A stretch of DNA of 47,764 nucleotides, taken from Alistipes sp. Its GTDB lineage: Bacteria > Bacteroidota > Bacteroidia > Bacteroidales > Rikenellaceae. Made by a program: the position numbers and the translations under genes. The stretch lies in contig JAZRAT010000057.1 in the NCBI GenBank assembly GCA_045634725.1, positions 1 through 47,764 of the forward strand. The letters run 5' to 3'. The notes beneath the pieces were generated by a model that worked only from the letters and a program-made list of their open reading frames with translations, did not search any database and was not told where the DNA came from. Below, one piece after another: positions 17,959 to 28,450 of the stretch (its first letter is position 1; every line of letters begins with the position of its first letter).

Positions 17959-20085
17959 ATGAAAAGACTGTTTACAACATTCGTGATGCTTCTCGCGGCG
18001 GCAACTGCTATGGCGCAGGTTAGCTACCTCGAGATGGTGGAGGCGCGTGAGGTGCCTTCAAAGTACATCGCACCAGGCTCGCTCACTCCTGTAGAGGGCA
18101 CACACCAGTATATGGAGCTCGATGGCCGTAGCGTAGTGCTCTACGACTACAATAAGGCTTCGGAGGGCGAGGTGGTGTTCACCACCGACAACCTCATCAT
18201 GTCGTATGTGAAGTCGCCCGATGGCACTATGGCGCTATACGAGAAGTGGGAGGGTGAGTCACCCCGTAAGGAGATTTACCGCCACTCGTTCACATCGGAC
18301 TACTACATCTCATGCCCCGATGGCTCGACTATCAAGATTGACGACGTGCGCGACATCTCGTTCTCGCCCGACAACCGCTTCCTCGCGATGGGCTACAACA
18401 ACGACATCTTCGTCTACGACCTCGTGACAAACGAGATATACAACATCACCTCGGATGGCGAGTGGAACCACATCATCAATGGTACCACCGACTGGGTATA
18501 CGAGGAGGAGTATGGCTTTACCAAGGCATATGCTTTCTCTAACGATGGTCGCGAGATCGCATACCTCAAGTTCGACGAGAGCCGCGTTAAGGAGTTCGAG
18601 ATGATGCGCTTCGATAACACGCTCTACAACAAGGCATACAGCTTTAAGTATCCCAAGGCTGGTGACGACAACTCTATCGTGACACTCCATGTCTATGACC
18701 TCTATAGCGGCGAGACACGCGAGGTGCCCGTAGGTGAGACCACCGACCAGTATATCCCACGCCTCGGCTACACACCCGCAGGCAACCTCTTCTTCTATCG
18801 CGTCAACCGCCTCCAGAACCACTTCGAGGTGGTTATGGTTGAGGCTGATGGTACACAGCGCGTTATCTACAACGAGCAGGATGAGCGTTACGTTGAGCGC
18901 CCCAATGAGGCTACAATCACCTTCATCGACAACGACCGCTTCATCGTGCGCGAGGAGACTACAACCGGCTGGTTCCACCTCTACTTGCACTCTATCTCTG
19001 AGGGTCGCCTTAACGCTATTACGGCGGGCGAGTGGGAGGTTACTGAGCTTGTTGGCCTCTCTGCAGACCATAAGACTGTTTACTACATGTCTACCGAGAA
19101 GTCGCCACTTGAGCGCCACCTCTACTCTGTAAACATCGATGGTGGCAAGAAGCAGTGCTTGCTCTCTAAGCCTGGCTACTGGCGCGTATATCCTTCGGCC
19201 GATATGAAGTTCTTCGCTGCGGAGCACTCGGCAACAGACTGCTATCCCACAGCTGCGGTGTACAACGCTAAGGGCAAGGAGGTGCGCTCGTTGATGCTCG
19301 ACAAGAAGAGCAACGAGAAGCCCGCATACCAGCGTAACTATGAGACATTTACCACCGAGCGTGGCGATGAGTTGCAGTACTACCTCATCTACCCCGAGGA
19401 CTTCAATCCATCGAAGAAGTACCCCGTGCTCATCACGCAGTACTCTGGTCCTGGCTCGCAGCAGATTGAGAACCGCTACACCACCGACTGGGAGGAGACC
19501 CTCGCACGCAACGGCTACATCATCGCTTGTTGCGACGCTCGTGGTACAGGCTACCGCGGCGAGGAGTATAAGAAGGTGACATACGCAAACCTCGGTAACG
19601 CAGAGGTTGAGGATCAGATCTCATTCGCACGCCACCTCGCACGTCAGGAGTATATCGACTCTTCACGCGTAGGTATCTACGGCTGGTCTTACGGTGGCTT
19701 CATGGCCCTCGGCTGCGCACTCAAGGGTGACGGCATCTTCAAGGTGGCTATCGCTGTGGCTCCCGTGACATCATGGCGCTACTACGACTCTATCTACACC
19801 GAGATCTACAATGGCCTACCCTCACAGAACCCTGAGGGTTACGACAATAACTCGCCTATCAACTTCGCGGACCGCCTCTCTGATAAGACTCGCCTTCTTA
19901 TCATTCATGGTACAGCCGATGATAACGTACACTTCCAGAATGCCATCGAGATGTGTCGCGCTCTCAACCGCTCTGCGAAGCAGTACGACATGATGGTATA
20001 TCCCGACCAGAACCACTCTATGCGCCCCAATGACATGGTCAACGTGCGTCAGAAGATGGTTGACTATTGCCTCGAAAACCTGTAA
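17959..20085 (+). CDS. Dipeptidyl peptidase IV (S9B family)
   Basis: DWVYEEE, YPKAG, GWSYGG nucleophile, HGTADDNVH, DQNHS catalytic His. Confidence 0.95.
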   Translation: MKRLFTTFVMLLAAATAMAQVSYLEMVEAREVPSKYIAPGSLTPVEGTHQYMELDGRSVVLYDYNKASEGEVVFTTDNLIMSYVKSPDGTMALYEKWEGESPRKEIYRHSFTSDYYISCPDGSTIKIDDVRDISFSPDNRFLAMGYNNDIFVYDLVTNEIYNITSDGEWNHIINGTTDWVYEEEYGFTKAYAFSNDGREIAYLKFDESRVKEFEMMRFDNTLYNKAYSFKYPKAGDDNSIVTLHVYDLYSGETREVPVGETTDQYIPRLGYTPAGNLFFYRVNRLQNHFEVVMVEADGTQRVIYNEQDERYVERPNEATITFIDNDRFIVREETTTGWFHLYLHSISEGRLNAITAGEWEVTELVGLSADHKTVYYMSTEKSPLERHLYSVNIDGGKKQCLLSKPGYWRVYPSADMKFFAAEHSATDCYPTAAVYNAKGKEVRSLMLDKKSNEKPAYQRNYETFTTERGDELQYYLIYPEDFNPSKKYPVLITQYSGPGSQQIENRYTTDWEETLARNGYIIACCDARGTGYRGEEYKKVTYANLGNAEVEDQISFARHLARQEYIDSSRVGIYGWSYGGFMALGCALKGDGIFKVAIAVAPVTSWRYYDSIYTEIYNGLPSQNPEGYDNNSPINFADRLSDKTRLLIIHGTADDNVHFQNAIEMCRALNRSAKQYDMMVYPDQNHSMRPNDMVNVRQKMVDYCLENL

Positions 20086-20260
20086 TTTCTTGTGATAAGG
20101 GGTCATCTGCGACCTCTCAATCAATAGCCCGAATGGGATGTACCTCAAGTACTACCCATCCGGGCTATTTTCATGTCGAGGCCACATCTAACCCTTTCTG
20201 ACAAGAAATTGGTAGAAGTGCTAATGTATGTAACATATCGCACCACTCTGACAAGAAATT
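20084..20260. repeat. Palindromic element copy 4 (20084-20210) plus an isolated right end (about 20234-20260)
   Basis: AATTTCTTGT/ACAAGAAATT ends; core ATGGGATGTAC-CTCAA-GTACTACCCAT; second CTGACAAGAAATT at 20248-20260. Confidence 0.9.
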
Positions 20261-20436
20261 GAGCCTACCGCTCGGATGGTGTTTCATGCCATCACCTCCC
20301 TAATACCTCAATTTCATTATTCTCCCTAATTTCGTGAATTACCGCAAATTGTTGGCATGAGATTTTATAATCTCATAAAAATGATGTATATTTGCAGACT
20401 AAATTTATATTTTTGAATATTAAGTTGTCGCGACAG

Positions 20437-22227
20437 ATGAAGAACATTCGCAACTTTTGCATTATAGCACACATCGACCACGGTAAGAGTACACTTGCCG
20501 ATCGTCTCTTGGAGAAGACTAACACCTTGAACCAGCGCGAGATGCAGGCGCAGGTGCTCGACGATATGGACCTCGAGCGCGAGAAGGGTATCACCATCAA
20601 GAGTCACGCCATTCAGATGGAGTACAACGCTCGCAATGGCCAGAAGTACACGCTCAACCTTATCGACACCCCAGGACACGTCGACTTCTCATACGAGGTG
20701 TCGCGTGCCATCGCATCATGTGAGGGTGCACTGCTCGTTGTAGATGCCACACAGGGCATTCAGGCGCAGACAATCTCGAACCTCTACCTCGCACTTGGTC
20801 AGGACCTTGAGATTATCCCCGTGCTCAACAAGATCGACTGCGAGTCGGCGATGATTGACGAGGTGAAGGATCAGATTATTGACCTTATCGGTTGCAAGGA
20901 TGAGGATATTCTCTTGGCTTCGGGTAAGACAGGTCAGGGCGTTGAGGATGTCCTCGAGGCGATCATTGAGCGTATCCCCGCTCCCGAGGGCGATGAGAAC
21001 GCACCCCTCCAGGCTCTCATCTTCGACTCTGTGTTCAACCCCTTCCGTGGCGTTATCGCCTACTTCCGTGTCTTCAATGGCACCATCCGCAAGGGTGACC
21101 ACGTTAAGTTCTTCAACACGGGTAGCGAGTATGATGCTGACGAGATTGGCGTTTTGAAACTCAAGATGCAGGAGCGTGGCGAGATTAAGGCGGGTGACGT
21201 AGGTTACATCTGCTCGGGTATCAAGAACTCGACTGACGTGAAGGTGGGTGATACCATCACCGCTGTGGCAAACCCCTGCACCGAGGCTATCGCGGGCTTC
21301 GAGGATGTTAAGCCTATGGTCTTTGCGGGTGTCTACCCCGTTGAGGCGGACCAGTATGAGGACCTTCGTGCATCGCTCGAGAAGCTCAAACTCAACGATG
21401 CATCGCTCACATTCGAGCCCGAGAGCTCATTGGCCCTTGGCTTCGGCTTCCGTTGTGGCTTCCTCGGGCTCCTCCACATGGAGATTATCCAGGAGCGCCT
21501 CTACCGTGAGTTCGACATGGATGTTATCACTACCGTGCCCAACGTGTCGTACCACATTACAACAACTCAGGGCGAGGAGCTCGAGGTGCATAACCCCTCA
21601 GGTCTCCCCGAGATTACCAAGGTGGCAAAGATTGAGGAGCCCTATATCCTCGCACAGATAATCACCAAGGCCGACTTCCTCGGCAACGTGTTGAAGCTCT
21701 GTATCGATAAGCGTGGCGTGATGAAGAATCAGACGTTCATCACTCAGGACCGTGTGGAGGTAAACTTCGAGATGCCCCTCTCGGAGATTGTCTTTGACTT
21801 TTACGATAAGCTCAAGAGCATATCTAAGGGCTACGCATCATTCGACTACCATCGCACTGGTTATCAGTTGAGTAAGCTTGCGAAGCTCGATATCCTCCTC
21901 AATGGCGAGGCTGTCGTTGCACTCTCATCACTCATCTATGCCGACCACGCCTACGACTTCGGCCGTAAGATGTGCGAGAAGCTTAAGGAGCTCATCCCCC
22001 GCCAGCAGTTCGACATCGCTATCCAGGCTGCTATCGGTGCCAAGATTATCGCCCGCGAGACCGTAAAGGCAGTGCGTAAGGATGTTACTGCAAAGTGTTA
22101 TGGTGGTGATATCTCGCGTAAGCGTAAGCTTCTCGAGAAGCAGAAGGCGGGTAAGAAGCGTATGCGACAGATTGGCTCGGTTCAGGTGCCTCAGTCAGCG
22201 TTCCTTGCGGTGCTCAAAATGGACTAA
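20437..22227 (+). CDS. lepA: Elongation factor 4 (LepA)
   Basis: [46 protein letters not shown]; TATATTTG at 20387-20394. Confidence 0.98.
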   Translation: MKNIRNFCIIAHIDHGKSTLADRLLEKTNTLNQREMQAQVLDDMDLEREKGITIKSHAIQMEYNARNGQKYTLNLIDTPGHVDFSYEVSRAIASCEGALLVVDATQGIQAQTISNLYLALGQDLEIIPVLNKIDCESAMIDEVKDQIIDLIGCKDEDILLASGKTGQGVEDVLEAIIERIPAPEGDENAPLQALIFDSVFNPFRGVIAYFRVFNGTIRKGDHVKFFNTGSEYDADEIGVLKLKMQERGEIKAGDVGYICSGIKNSTDVKVGDTITAVANPCTEAIAGFEDVKPMVFAGVYPVEADQYEDLRASLEKLKLNDASLTFEPESSLALGFGFRCGFLGLLHMEIIQERLYREFDMDVITTVPNVSYHITTTQGEELEVHNPSGLPEITKVAKIEEPYILAQIITKADFLGNVLKLCIDKRGVMKNQTFITQDRVEVNFEMPLSEIVFDFYDKLKSISKGYASFDYHRTGYQLSKLAKLDILLNGEAVVALSSLIYADHAYDFGRKMCEKLKELIPRQQFDIAIQAAIGAKIIARETVKAVRKDVTAKCYGGDISRKRKLLEKQKAGKKRMRQIGSVQVPQSAFLAVLKMD

Positions 22228-22342
22228 TTTCTTGTGATAAGGGGTCGATTGCGGCCTTTAGCAATGGGTCGTACGCCCAAGTACTACCCATCGCAAAAAT
22301 TTTCGCCGAGTGTTGCACTCGGCACCCTTCTGACAAGAAATT
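22226..22342. repeat. Palindromic element copy 5 (117 bp, rearranged)
   Basis: AATTTCTTGTGATAAGGG...ATGGGTCGTAC-GCCCAA-GTACTACCCAT...CCCTTCTGACAAGAAATT. Confidence 0.88.
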
Positions 22343-22372
22343 TGGGTGCGGTACTAATTGATTGAGACACTG

Positions 22373-22408
22373 CCCTAAACTCCCTAAGCTCTCTAAGTTC
22401 CCTAACCA
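22373..22408 (+). repeat. 9-bp tandem repeat, CCCTAAnnn x4
   Basis: CCCTAAACT CCCTAAGCT CTCTAAGTT CCCTAACCA. Confidence 0.7.
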
Positions 22409-22439
22409 ACCTTACAAAACCAAACTAAAACCTATAACT

Positions 22440-23744
22440 ATGAAAAAACTAATCTTAACACTTGCACTTGGCTTGAGCCTATGTGGCCTCTCTGCGCAGG
22501 GTTATGTACCCTCGGAGGAGGTGCGTCGCTCGCAGCAGGAGTTCTCCGAGGATCGCTTCGGTATCTTCATCCACTGGGGTATCTACTCTATGTATGCCCA
22601 GGGTGAGTGGTACTTGCAGAATGCGCAGGGCATTCAGCGCGATGAGTATGCCAAGGCTGCCGATGCCTTCTATCCCCACCGCTTCGATGCTAAGGAGTGG
22701 GTGGCTGCAATCAAGGCTTCGGGTGCTAAATATATCTGTTTCACAACACGCCACCACGATAGCTTCTCGATGTGGGACACCGCAGAGTCGGAGTTTAACA
22801 TTGTGGATGCGACGCCTTTCAAGCGCGATGTGCTTAAGGAGTTGACCGACGAGTGTCACAAGCAGGGTATCGCCGTGCACCTCTACTACTCGCACGCCGA
22901 CTGGTCGCGTGACGACTATCCACGAGGCCGTACTGGCTGGGGTGTCGCAGGTCGCGATTATACAAAGATGAGCTGGGAAAGCTACTTTAGCTTTATGAAC
23001 AACCAGATTACCGAGTTGCTCACAAACTATGGTCCTATCCGCGCTATGTGGTTCGATGGCTGGTGGGATCACCAGGAGGATGCTACACCCTTCGACTGGC
23101 ACCTCGACGAGCAGTATGCACTCGTACACAACTTACAGCCATCGTGTATGGTGGCAAACAACCACCATGTAACACCTTTCGAGGGTGAGGATATTCAGAT
23201 TTTTGAGCGTGACCTCCCAGGTGAGAACTCTCACGGTCTCTCGGGTCAGGATATCAGCAAGCTCCCACTCGAGACCTGCCAGACAATGAACGGCATGTGG
23301 GGCTATAAGGTTGTAGATCAGAACTATAAGTCGACAAAGGCTCTTGTTCGTTACCTTGTCAGCACGGCGGGTAAGGGCGCTAACTTGCTACTTAACGTAG
23401 GCCCTCAGCCCAATGGTGAGCTTCCAGCAGTTGCCGTAGAGCGCATGAAGGAGATGGGCGAGTGGATGAAGGTAAATGGCGAGTCGGTGTATGGCACAAC
23501 GGCGGGAGAGATCCCACAACAGGATTGGGGATGCACAACACGCAAGGGTGACCGCCTCTATGTTCATGTCTTTGAGCTCGACTACGACATGTTGTACTTG
23601 CCCTTGGAGTGCAAGGTGGTGTCGGCAAAGGCTCTCGAGGATGGCAAGCCCGTTAAGTTCCAGAAGGTCAAGGGTGGTATACTCTTGGAGGTCGGCAAGG
23701 TCGAGGATAAGGCAGACTACGTAGTAGAGCTTATCACAAAGTAG
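22440..23744 (+). CDS. Alpha-L-fucosidase (GH29)
   Basis: FGIFIHWG, TTRHHDSF, WFDGWW nucleophile motif, ETCQTMNGMWGY, LLLNVGP; signal peptide. Confidence 0.93.
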   Translation: MKKLILTLALGLSLCGLSAQGYVPSEEVRRSQQEFSEDRFGIFIHWGIYSMYAQGEWYLQNAQGIQRDEYAKAADAFYPHRFDAKEWVAAIKASGAKYICFTTRHHDSFSMWDTAESEFNIVDATPFKRDVLKELTDECHKQGIAVHLYYSHADWSRDDYPRGRTGWGVAGRDYTKMSWESYFSFMNNQITELLTNYGPIRAMWFDGWWDHQEDATPFDWHLDEQYALVHNLQPSCMVANNHHVTPFEGEDIQIFERDLPGENSHGLSGQDISKLPLETCQTMNGMWGYKVVDQNYKSTKALVRYLVSTAGKGANLLLNVGPQPNGELPAVAVERMKEMGEWMKVNGESVYGTTAGEIPQQDWGCTTRKGDRLYVHVFELDYDMLYLPLECKVVSAKALEDGKPVKFQKVKGGILLEVGKVEDKADYVVELITK

Positions 23745-23774
23745 TAAAATTCGCACTAAAAAAATATTGAAATT

Positions 23775-23818
23775 ATCGCAGTCTACGGTTGTAGATTGCG
23801 ATTTTTTTTATATCTTTG
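23775..23818 (+). terminator. Intrinsic terminator abutting the secDF -7 box
   Basis: ATCGCAGTCTAC/GTAGATTGCGAT stem and T tract; TATCTTTG at 23811-23818. Confidence 0.7.
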
Positions 23819-23902
23819 CGCGATTAACGCGCGAATGCACAATGGACTATTGGCGCGTGAAACGGAAAATTACATAAATAACAATAACTAAACTTTTTAA
23901 CA

Positions 23903-26818
23903 ATGCAGATTAAAGGTATTATTAAGTGGCTGGTGTTGATCTTAGGTCTCGCCTGCATCTGGCAGTTGTCGTTTACCTTTGTTACTCGCAAAATCGAGGC
24001 AGAGGCAGAGGCACAGCCCAATCCCAAGGCTTATCTTGATGGTAAGTGGGATGAGAAAGTCTACATGGGTTTCACCTATGGTGAGTGTAAGTCTAAGGAG
24101 TTGAACCTCGGTCTTGACCTCAAGGGTGGTATGAACGTAACCCTCGAGATTCAGGCAGCTGATGCTGTTCGCGTTGACGCTTTGAGCAAGGTAGACAAGA
24201 ACAATGTTGACCTCATCGCAAACATCGAGGCAGCTATCAACGCAGCAAAGGCAGAGGATTCTGATGCTGCAGTTATCGAGGCTTACCTCAACAAACTCTC
24301 AGCTGACGACCTCGTTGCTATCTATGGCAAGACAGAGAAGAATGAGATTCAGGACAGCTTGGAGGCTTACATCGAGAGCTCTGTAGAGAACATGGATCGC
24401 GTGCTCCACGAGCGTATCGACCTTCTTGGCGTTATCCAGCCTAACATCCAGCGCATCAGCGAGACAAACCGTATCTTGGTTGAGTTGCCTGGTGTTGACG
24501 ACCCCGAGAGCGCAGCGAAGCTCCTTGCTTCAACTGCATCACTCGAGTTCTGGGAGGTATGCGAGATCGCTACAACAAGTGAGATCTACGACTTCCTCTA
24601 CAATGGTGAGGCTGACAAGCTCGTTGCTGAGGCACTCGAGTCTGATGAGGGCGACCTCCTCTCTTCACTCCTCGTTAGAGAGTATCCTTTCAAGGATGGT
24701 GAGGGTAAGACACAGTATGCTCCTGTAGGTGGCTACATCGTTGCTGCTGCCGAGAAGGAGAACATGGTTAAGATCAACGAGTACCTCGCACTTGATGGTG
24801 TTAAGGAGCGTATCGCAAGCGACGTTAAGCTCGCATGGTCAAACAAGAACTCTGTAGATGGCACTCGTGGCGGTATCTTCACACTCTACGCTCTCCAGGG
24901 CAATGGTGGCTTGGTTCCCGCAATGGATGGTTCAGGCATCGTTGAGACAGCTGCAAACTCTGGTCAGTTCGGTGGCTTCGAGGTATCTATGACAATGGAC
25001 AGCAAGGCTGCTGCAGAGTGGGGTAACCTCACTGAGAAGAACATCGGCAAGCCCCTTGCTATCGTTATGGATAACGTTGTTTACTCTGCACCTAACGTAA
25101 ACGATCGTATCGACGGTGGTCGCTCATCAATCACTGGTAACTTCACCGCACAGGAGGCTGAGGATCTTGCAAACGTTTTGAACTCTGGTAAGGTTCCCGC
25201 ACCTGCAACAATCATCTCTCAGGAGGTTGTTGGTCCATCACTCGGTGCTGACTCTATCATGGCGGGTCTTATCTCATTCGCTATCGCATTCGTACTCGTG
25301 CTTATCTACATGGCATTCTTCTACCGCACAGCGGGTTGGATGGCTAACGCAGCCCTCTTGTTCAACGTATTGTTGCTCATGGGTGTGCTCGTATCTACAG
25401 GCGCAGTATTGACACTTCCTGGTATCGCAGGTATCGTACTTACAATGGGTATGGCTGTGGATGCTAACGTTATCATCTTCGAGCGTATCAAGGAGGAGTT
25501 GCGTGGTGGTAAGGGCTTGATGCTCGCTATCAAGGATGGTTTCTCTAACGCATACTCTGCAATCATCGACGGTAACCTCACAACAATCATCACTGGTGCG
25601 GTTCTCTTCTTCTTCGGTACAGGTCCTGTTAAGGGCTTCGCTACAACCCTCGTACTTGGTATCATCACTTCGCTCTTCTGCTCTATCTTCATCACTCGCG
25701 TATTGCTCGAGGGTCGTGCAGAGCGTCGTGGCACTTGCTCATTCTCATCTAAGTTCTCTGAGAACTTCTTGCAGAATGTTAAGTTCTCGTTCATCGGTAA
25801 GCGTAAGTACTCATACATCATCTCAGGTGTTCTTATCCTTGCGTCTATCATCTCTATCGTAGTTCGCGAGAATAGCTTCAACCTCGGTATCGACTTCACA
25901 GGTGGTCGCCACTATGTTGTTAAGTTCGACCAGACTGTAAGCGAGGATGATGTTCGTGAGCGTATCGAGGCTGCATTTGAGGGCGAGAGCGCTGCAAACA
26001 AGTCAGTAGACGTAGCTCGTATCGGCAATGTTGCGGAGAACACATTCCGTATCAAGACTCAGTTCGAGCCTACTGTTCCCGTACTCGACGAGACAGCTAC
26101 TGCAGAGCAGATCGCTAACAACAATGCAAACTACATCCTCGAGGAGACTCTCTATAACGCATTGAAGGAGCTCTACTTGGATCAGACAATGGAGTTGAAC
26201 GACTTCCGCACTATCACCGAGGAGCATCCTTACGGTATCGAGAGCAGCCAGCAGGTGGGTGGTACAATCTCTGGTGAGATGACACGCAACTCTGTAATCG
26301 CTGTTGTTATCTCGCTCCTCGCTATCGGTATCTACATCGCTATCCGTTTCCGCCGTTGGCAGTGGGCTTTGGGTGCTACAGCAGCCTTGGCACACAACGC
26401 ATTCCTCGTAATCGGTATCTTCTCTATGCTCTATAGCGTGATGCCTTTTGCAATGGAGGTTAACCAGGCGTTCATCGCAGCGATCCTTACTATCATTGGT
26501 TACTCTATCAACGATACAGTGGTTATCTTCGACCGTATTCGTGAATACATTGGTCTCTATCCTAAGCGTGATATCAAGACCAACATCGATAACGCTATCT
26601 GCGCTACTTTGGCTCGTACAGTGAATACGTCTATGACGACATTGGTAACTCTCTTGGCTATCTTCTTCTTCGGTGGTGAGACCATCCGTGGTTTCGTCTT
26701 CGCGTTGATCTTGGGTGTTGTTATCGGTACATACTCTTCAGTATTTATCGCTACACCTATCGCGTACGACTGCCAGCGCAAGAAGGCTGCTAAGTTGGCT
26801 GCTGCAGAGGAGAATTAA
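23903..26818 (+). CDS. secDF: Fused protein translocase subunit SecDF
   Basis: LNLGLDLKGG, GMAVDANVIIFERIKEE, LGIDFTGG, GYSINDTVVIFDRIRE. Confidence 0.97.
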   Translation: MQIKGIIKWLVLILGLACIWQLSFTFVTRKIEAEAEAQPNPKAYLDGKWDEKVYMGFTYGECKSKELNLGLDLKGGMNVTLEIQAADAVRVDALSKVDKNNVDLIANIEAAINAAKAEDSDAAVIEAYLNKLSADDLVAIYGKTEKNEIQDSLEAYIESSVENMDRVLHERIDLLGVIQPNIQRISETNRILVELPGVDDPESAAKLLASTASLEFWEVCEIATTSEIYDFLYNGEADKLVAEALESDEGDLLSSLLVREYPFKDGEGKTQYAPVGGYIVAAAEKENMVKINEYLALDGVKERIASDVKLAWSNKNSVDGTRGGIFTLYALQGNGGLVPAMDGSGIVETAANSGQFGGFEVSMTMDSKAAAEWGNLTEKNIGKPLAIVMDNVVYSAPNVNDRIDGGRSSITGNFTAQEAEDLANVLNSGKVPAPATIISQEVVGPSLGADSIMAGLISFAIAFVLVLIYMAFFYRTAGWMANAALLFNVLLLMGVLVSTGAVLTLPGIAGIVLTMGMAVDANVIIFERIKEELRGGKGLMLAIKDGFSNAYSAIIDGNLTTIITGAVLFFFGTGPVKGFATTLVLGIITSLFCSIFITRVLLEGRAERRGTCSFSSKFSENFLQNVKFSFIGKRKYSYIISGVLILASIISIVVRENSFNLGIDFTGGRHYVVKFDQTVSEDDVRERIEAAFEGESAANKSVDVARIGNVAENTFRIKTQFEPTVPVLDETATAEQIANNNANYILEETLYNALKELYLDQTMELNDFRTITEEHPYGIESSQQVGGTISGEMTRNSVIAVVISLLAIGIYIAIRFRRWQWALGATAALAHNAFLVIGIFSMLYSVMPFAMEVNQAFIAAILTIIGYSINDTVVIFDRIREYIGLYPKRDIKTNIDNAICATLARTVNTSMTTLVTLLAIFFFGGETIRGFVFALILGVVIGTYSSVFIATPIAYDCQRKKAAKLAAAEEN

Positions 26819-26837
26819 TCTAAGCAATAGCTTATAG

Positions 26838-26875
26838 AATAGACCACCTTGGAAGACTAAGGTGGTCTATTTTTT
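26838..26875 (+). terminator. Intrinsic terminator
   Basis: AATAGACCACCTT/AAGGTGGTCTATT stem and T tract. Confidence 0.8.
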
Positions 26876-26910
26876 CATATTACATAAGGCTGCCTCGACT
26901 CCCATTTCTG

Positions 26911-26990
26911 ATATTTCATACATTAAATCGCATATTTTATACATTATATATAAAATAATTTTGCAGTAACCTTTTCGCGTGTTACCTTTG
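26911..26990 (+). promoter_or_regulatory. Putative LytTR-binding direct repeat plus -33/-7 promoter
   Basis: ATATTTCATACATTA (26911-26925) and ATATTTTATACATTA (26932-26946), 21-bp period; TTTG 26960-26963; TACCTTTG 26983-26990. Confidence 0.7.
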
Positions 26991-27008
26991 TCGTAACAAT
27001 ACCGAGCA

Positions 27009-27374
27009 ATGGCAAAGCAACTAATCATATCGACCGCAACCGACCTGGTGCAGATAGCGCCCGAACATGTCGTATATATCTCCTCCGACGGTAACTACTC
27101 GACTCTCGTGCAGACCGACGGCGAGATGCGTATGATATCGTATCAGCTTGGTCAGATCGAGAAGATGATATCCGAGCAACTCGGCAAGGAGTATGGTCGA
27201 CTATTCATCCGTATCGGTAAGAGTATCATCATCAATCGCTCCTACGTCTATTACATAAACGTAACAAGGCAGAAGCTCACCCTTTCAGACATCCGCACCT
27301 TTAGCCACACGGTGTCGGCATCGAAGGAGGCGTTGAAGCAACTTAAGGAGGAGATTGAAAAGAGCATAAAGTAA
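27009..27374 (+). CDS. Stand-alone LytTR-family DNA-binding protein (no receiver domain)
   Basis: VYISSDGNYS and FIRIGKSIIIN match LytTR motifs; only 121 aa. Confidence 0.9.
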   Translation: MAKQLIISTATDLVQIAPEHVVYISSDGNYSTLVQTDGEMRMISYQLGQIEKMISEQLGKEYGRLFIRIGKSIIINRSYVYYINVTRQKLTLSDIRTFSHTVSASKEALKQLKEEIEKSIK

Positions 27375-27376
27375 CT

Positions 27377-28321
27377 ATGAGTAATAAAGAGAGATACGAT
27401 GACATCAGTGATGACGAGATTCGCATCATTGGTCACTCCGACGAGCCTCGCAACACGAAGCGCGTGGTGCTTATAGCCTTCGCCGTGGTTGCCATAGTGG
27501 GTGCTATACTAACCCTAATCTTTGTGGGCGGAGATGAAGCATCTGCGCCTCAGGTCGAGGAGCAGATCCCAATCTATGGCGAGGAGCCTGTTGTTGTGGA
27601 GGAGCATAGGGCAATCGACACTACGCACCTCTCACGCGTGGAGGTCGCAGAAGCGGAGTGCGGATTTGTGGAGTTGCGCGATACCACAATTAACGATGTC
27701 CCCTTACGCATCTACATCCCGCACAATGCCGAGATGTCGTTGCATGTTGGTAAGGTAGATAGAGATGACAAGGATATCGTCTACACTGCCGAGGCGGCAT
27801 TTATCCGTGCCGACAACCACGCCATCCTCGGTGCCTTTGTACTTAAGGGTGAGCCTCTGGCGTGGGGACTCTCGATGCGTGGCTACTGCGCCTCAATCGA
27901 TGGCGAGGTGACAGTTGGCGTTGCGGACAACTCACCACTCTTCGAGGAGGCGATTAACCGTGGCGGTTACTTCTTCCGCCAATACCCCCTTGTGGACAAC
28001 GGTAAGTTCGTGGCTAACGAGCCCAAGAACAAATCTACGCGTCGCGCTATATGCGAGCGTAGGGGCGAGATATTCATGATTGAGACCCTTACGAAGGAGT
28101 CGTTCCACGACTTTACACAGGCACTCGTAGACCTCGGTGTGGATAACGCTATAAACCTTGCTGGTAGCGAGGCATATGGCTGGGCTTTGGACCGCGAAGG
28201 CACGAAGCATGAGTTTGGTACCCCCAACTTCTACACGGGTCGTGGCAAGATGCCCAAGAACACAAACTACCTTGTTTGGAGAGTCGCAGAGAGCGGGGTA
28301 GAGCAGATTGCAAGGGAGTAG
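27377..28321 (+). CDS. Single-pass membrane protein with phosphodiester-glycosidase (NAGPA)-like C-terminal domain
   Basis: Short acidic N-terminus, one TM helix (VVLIAFAVVAIVGAILTLIFVG), C-terminal RRAIC...LVDLGVDNAINLAGS resembling the NAGPA AiNLDGGGS motif. Confidence 0.6.
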   Translation: MSNKERYDDISDDEIRIIGHSDEPRNTKRVVLIAFAVVAIVGAILTLIFVGGDEASAPQVEEQIPIYGEEPVVVEEHRAIDTTHLSRVEVAEAECGFVELRDTTINDVPLRIYIPHNAEMSLHVGKVDRDDKDIVYTAEAAFIRADNHAILGAFVLKGEPLAWGLSMRGYCASIDGEVTVGVADNSPLFEEAINRGGYFFRQYPLVDNGKFVANEPKNKSTRRAICERRGEIFMIETLTKESFHDFTQALVDLGVDNAINLAGSEAYGWALDREGTKHEFGTPNFYTGRGKMPKNTNYLVWRVAESGVEQIARE

Positions 28322-28343
28322 CAAATTGCACCCTTAGAAGCAA

Positions 28344-28419
28344 TTCATACACCCCAACGTATGTTTCATACAGCCGAGCCTAAAAGGTTCGGCTGTGTTG
28401 TTTTTTAGTTGCATATTTG
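28344..28419 (+). promoter_or_regulatory. Second putative LytTR box with imperfect -7 element and overlapping terminator-like hairpin
   Basis: TTCATACA at 28344-28351 and 28365-28372 (21-bp period); CATATTTG at 28412-28419; ACAGCCGAGCCT/AGGTTCGGCTGT hairpin at 28370-28396. Confidence 0.65.
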
Positions 28420-28450
28420 CGTAGCAACAAACAACAAAAACAACATATCA

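Noticed and set aside
21910-21925. LepA VVALS instead of the usual VDALS
   Set aside because: A single-base difference (GTT versus GAT) that could be a sequencing or assembly error or a private variant; cannot be evaluated here.
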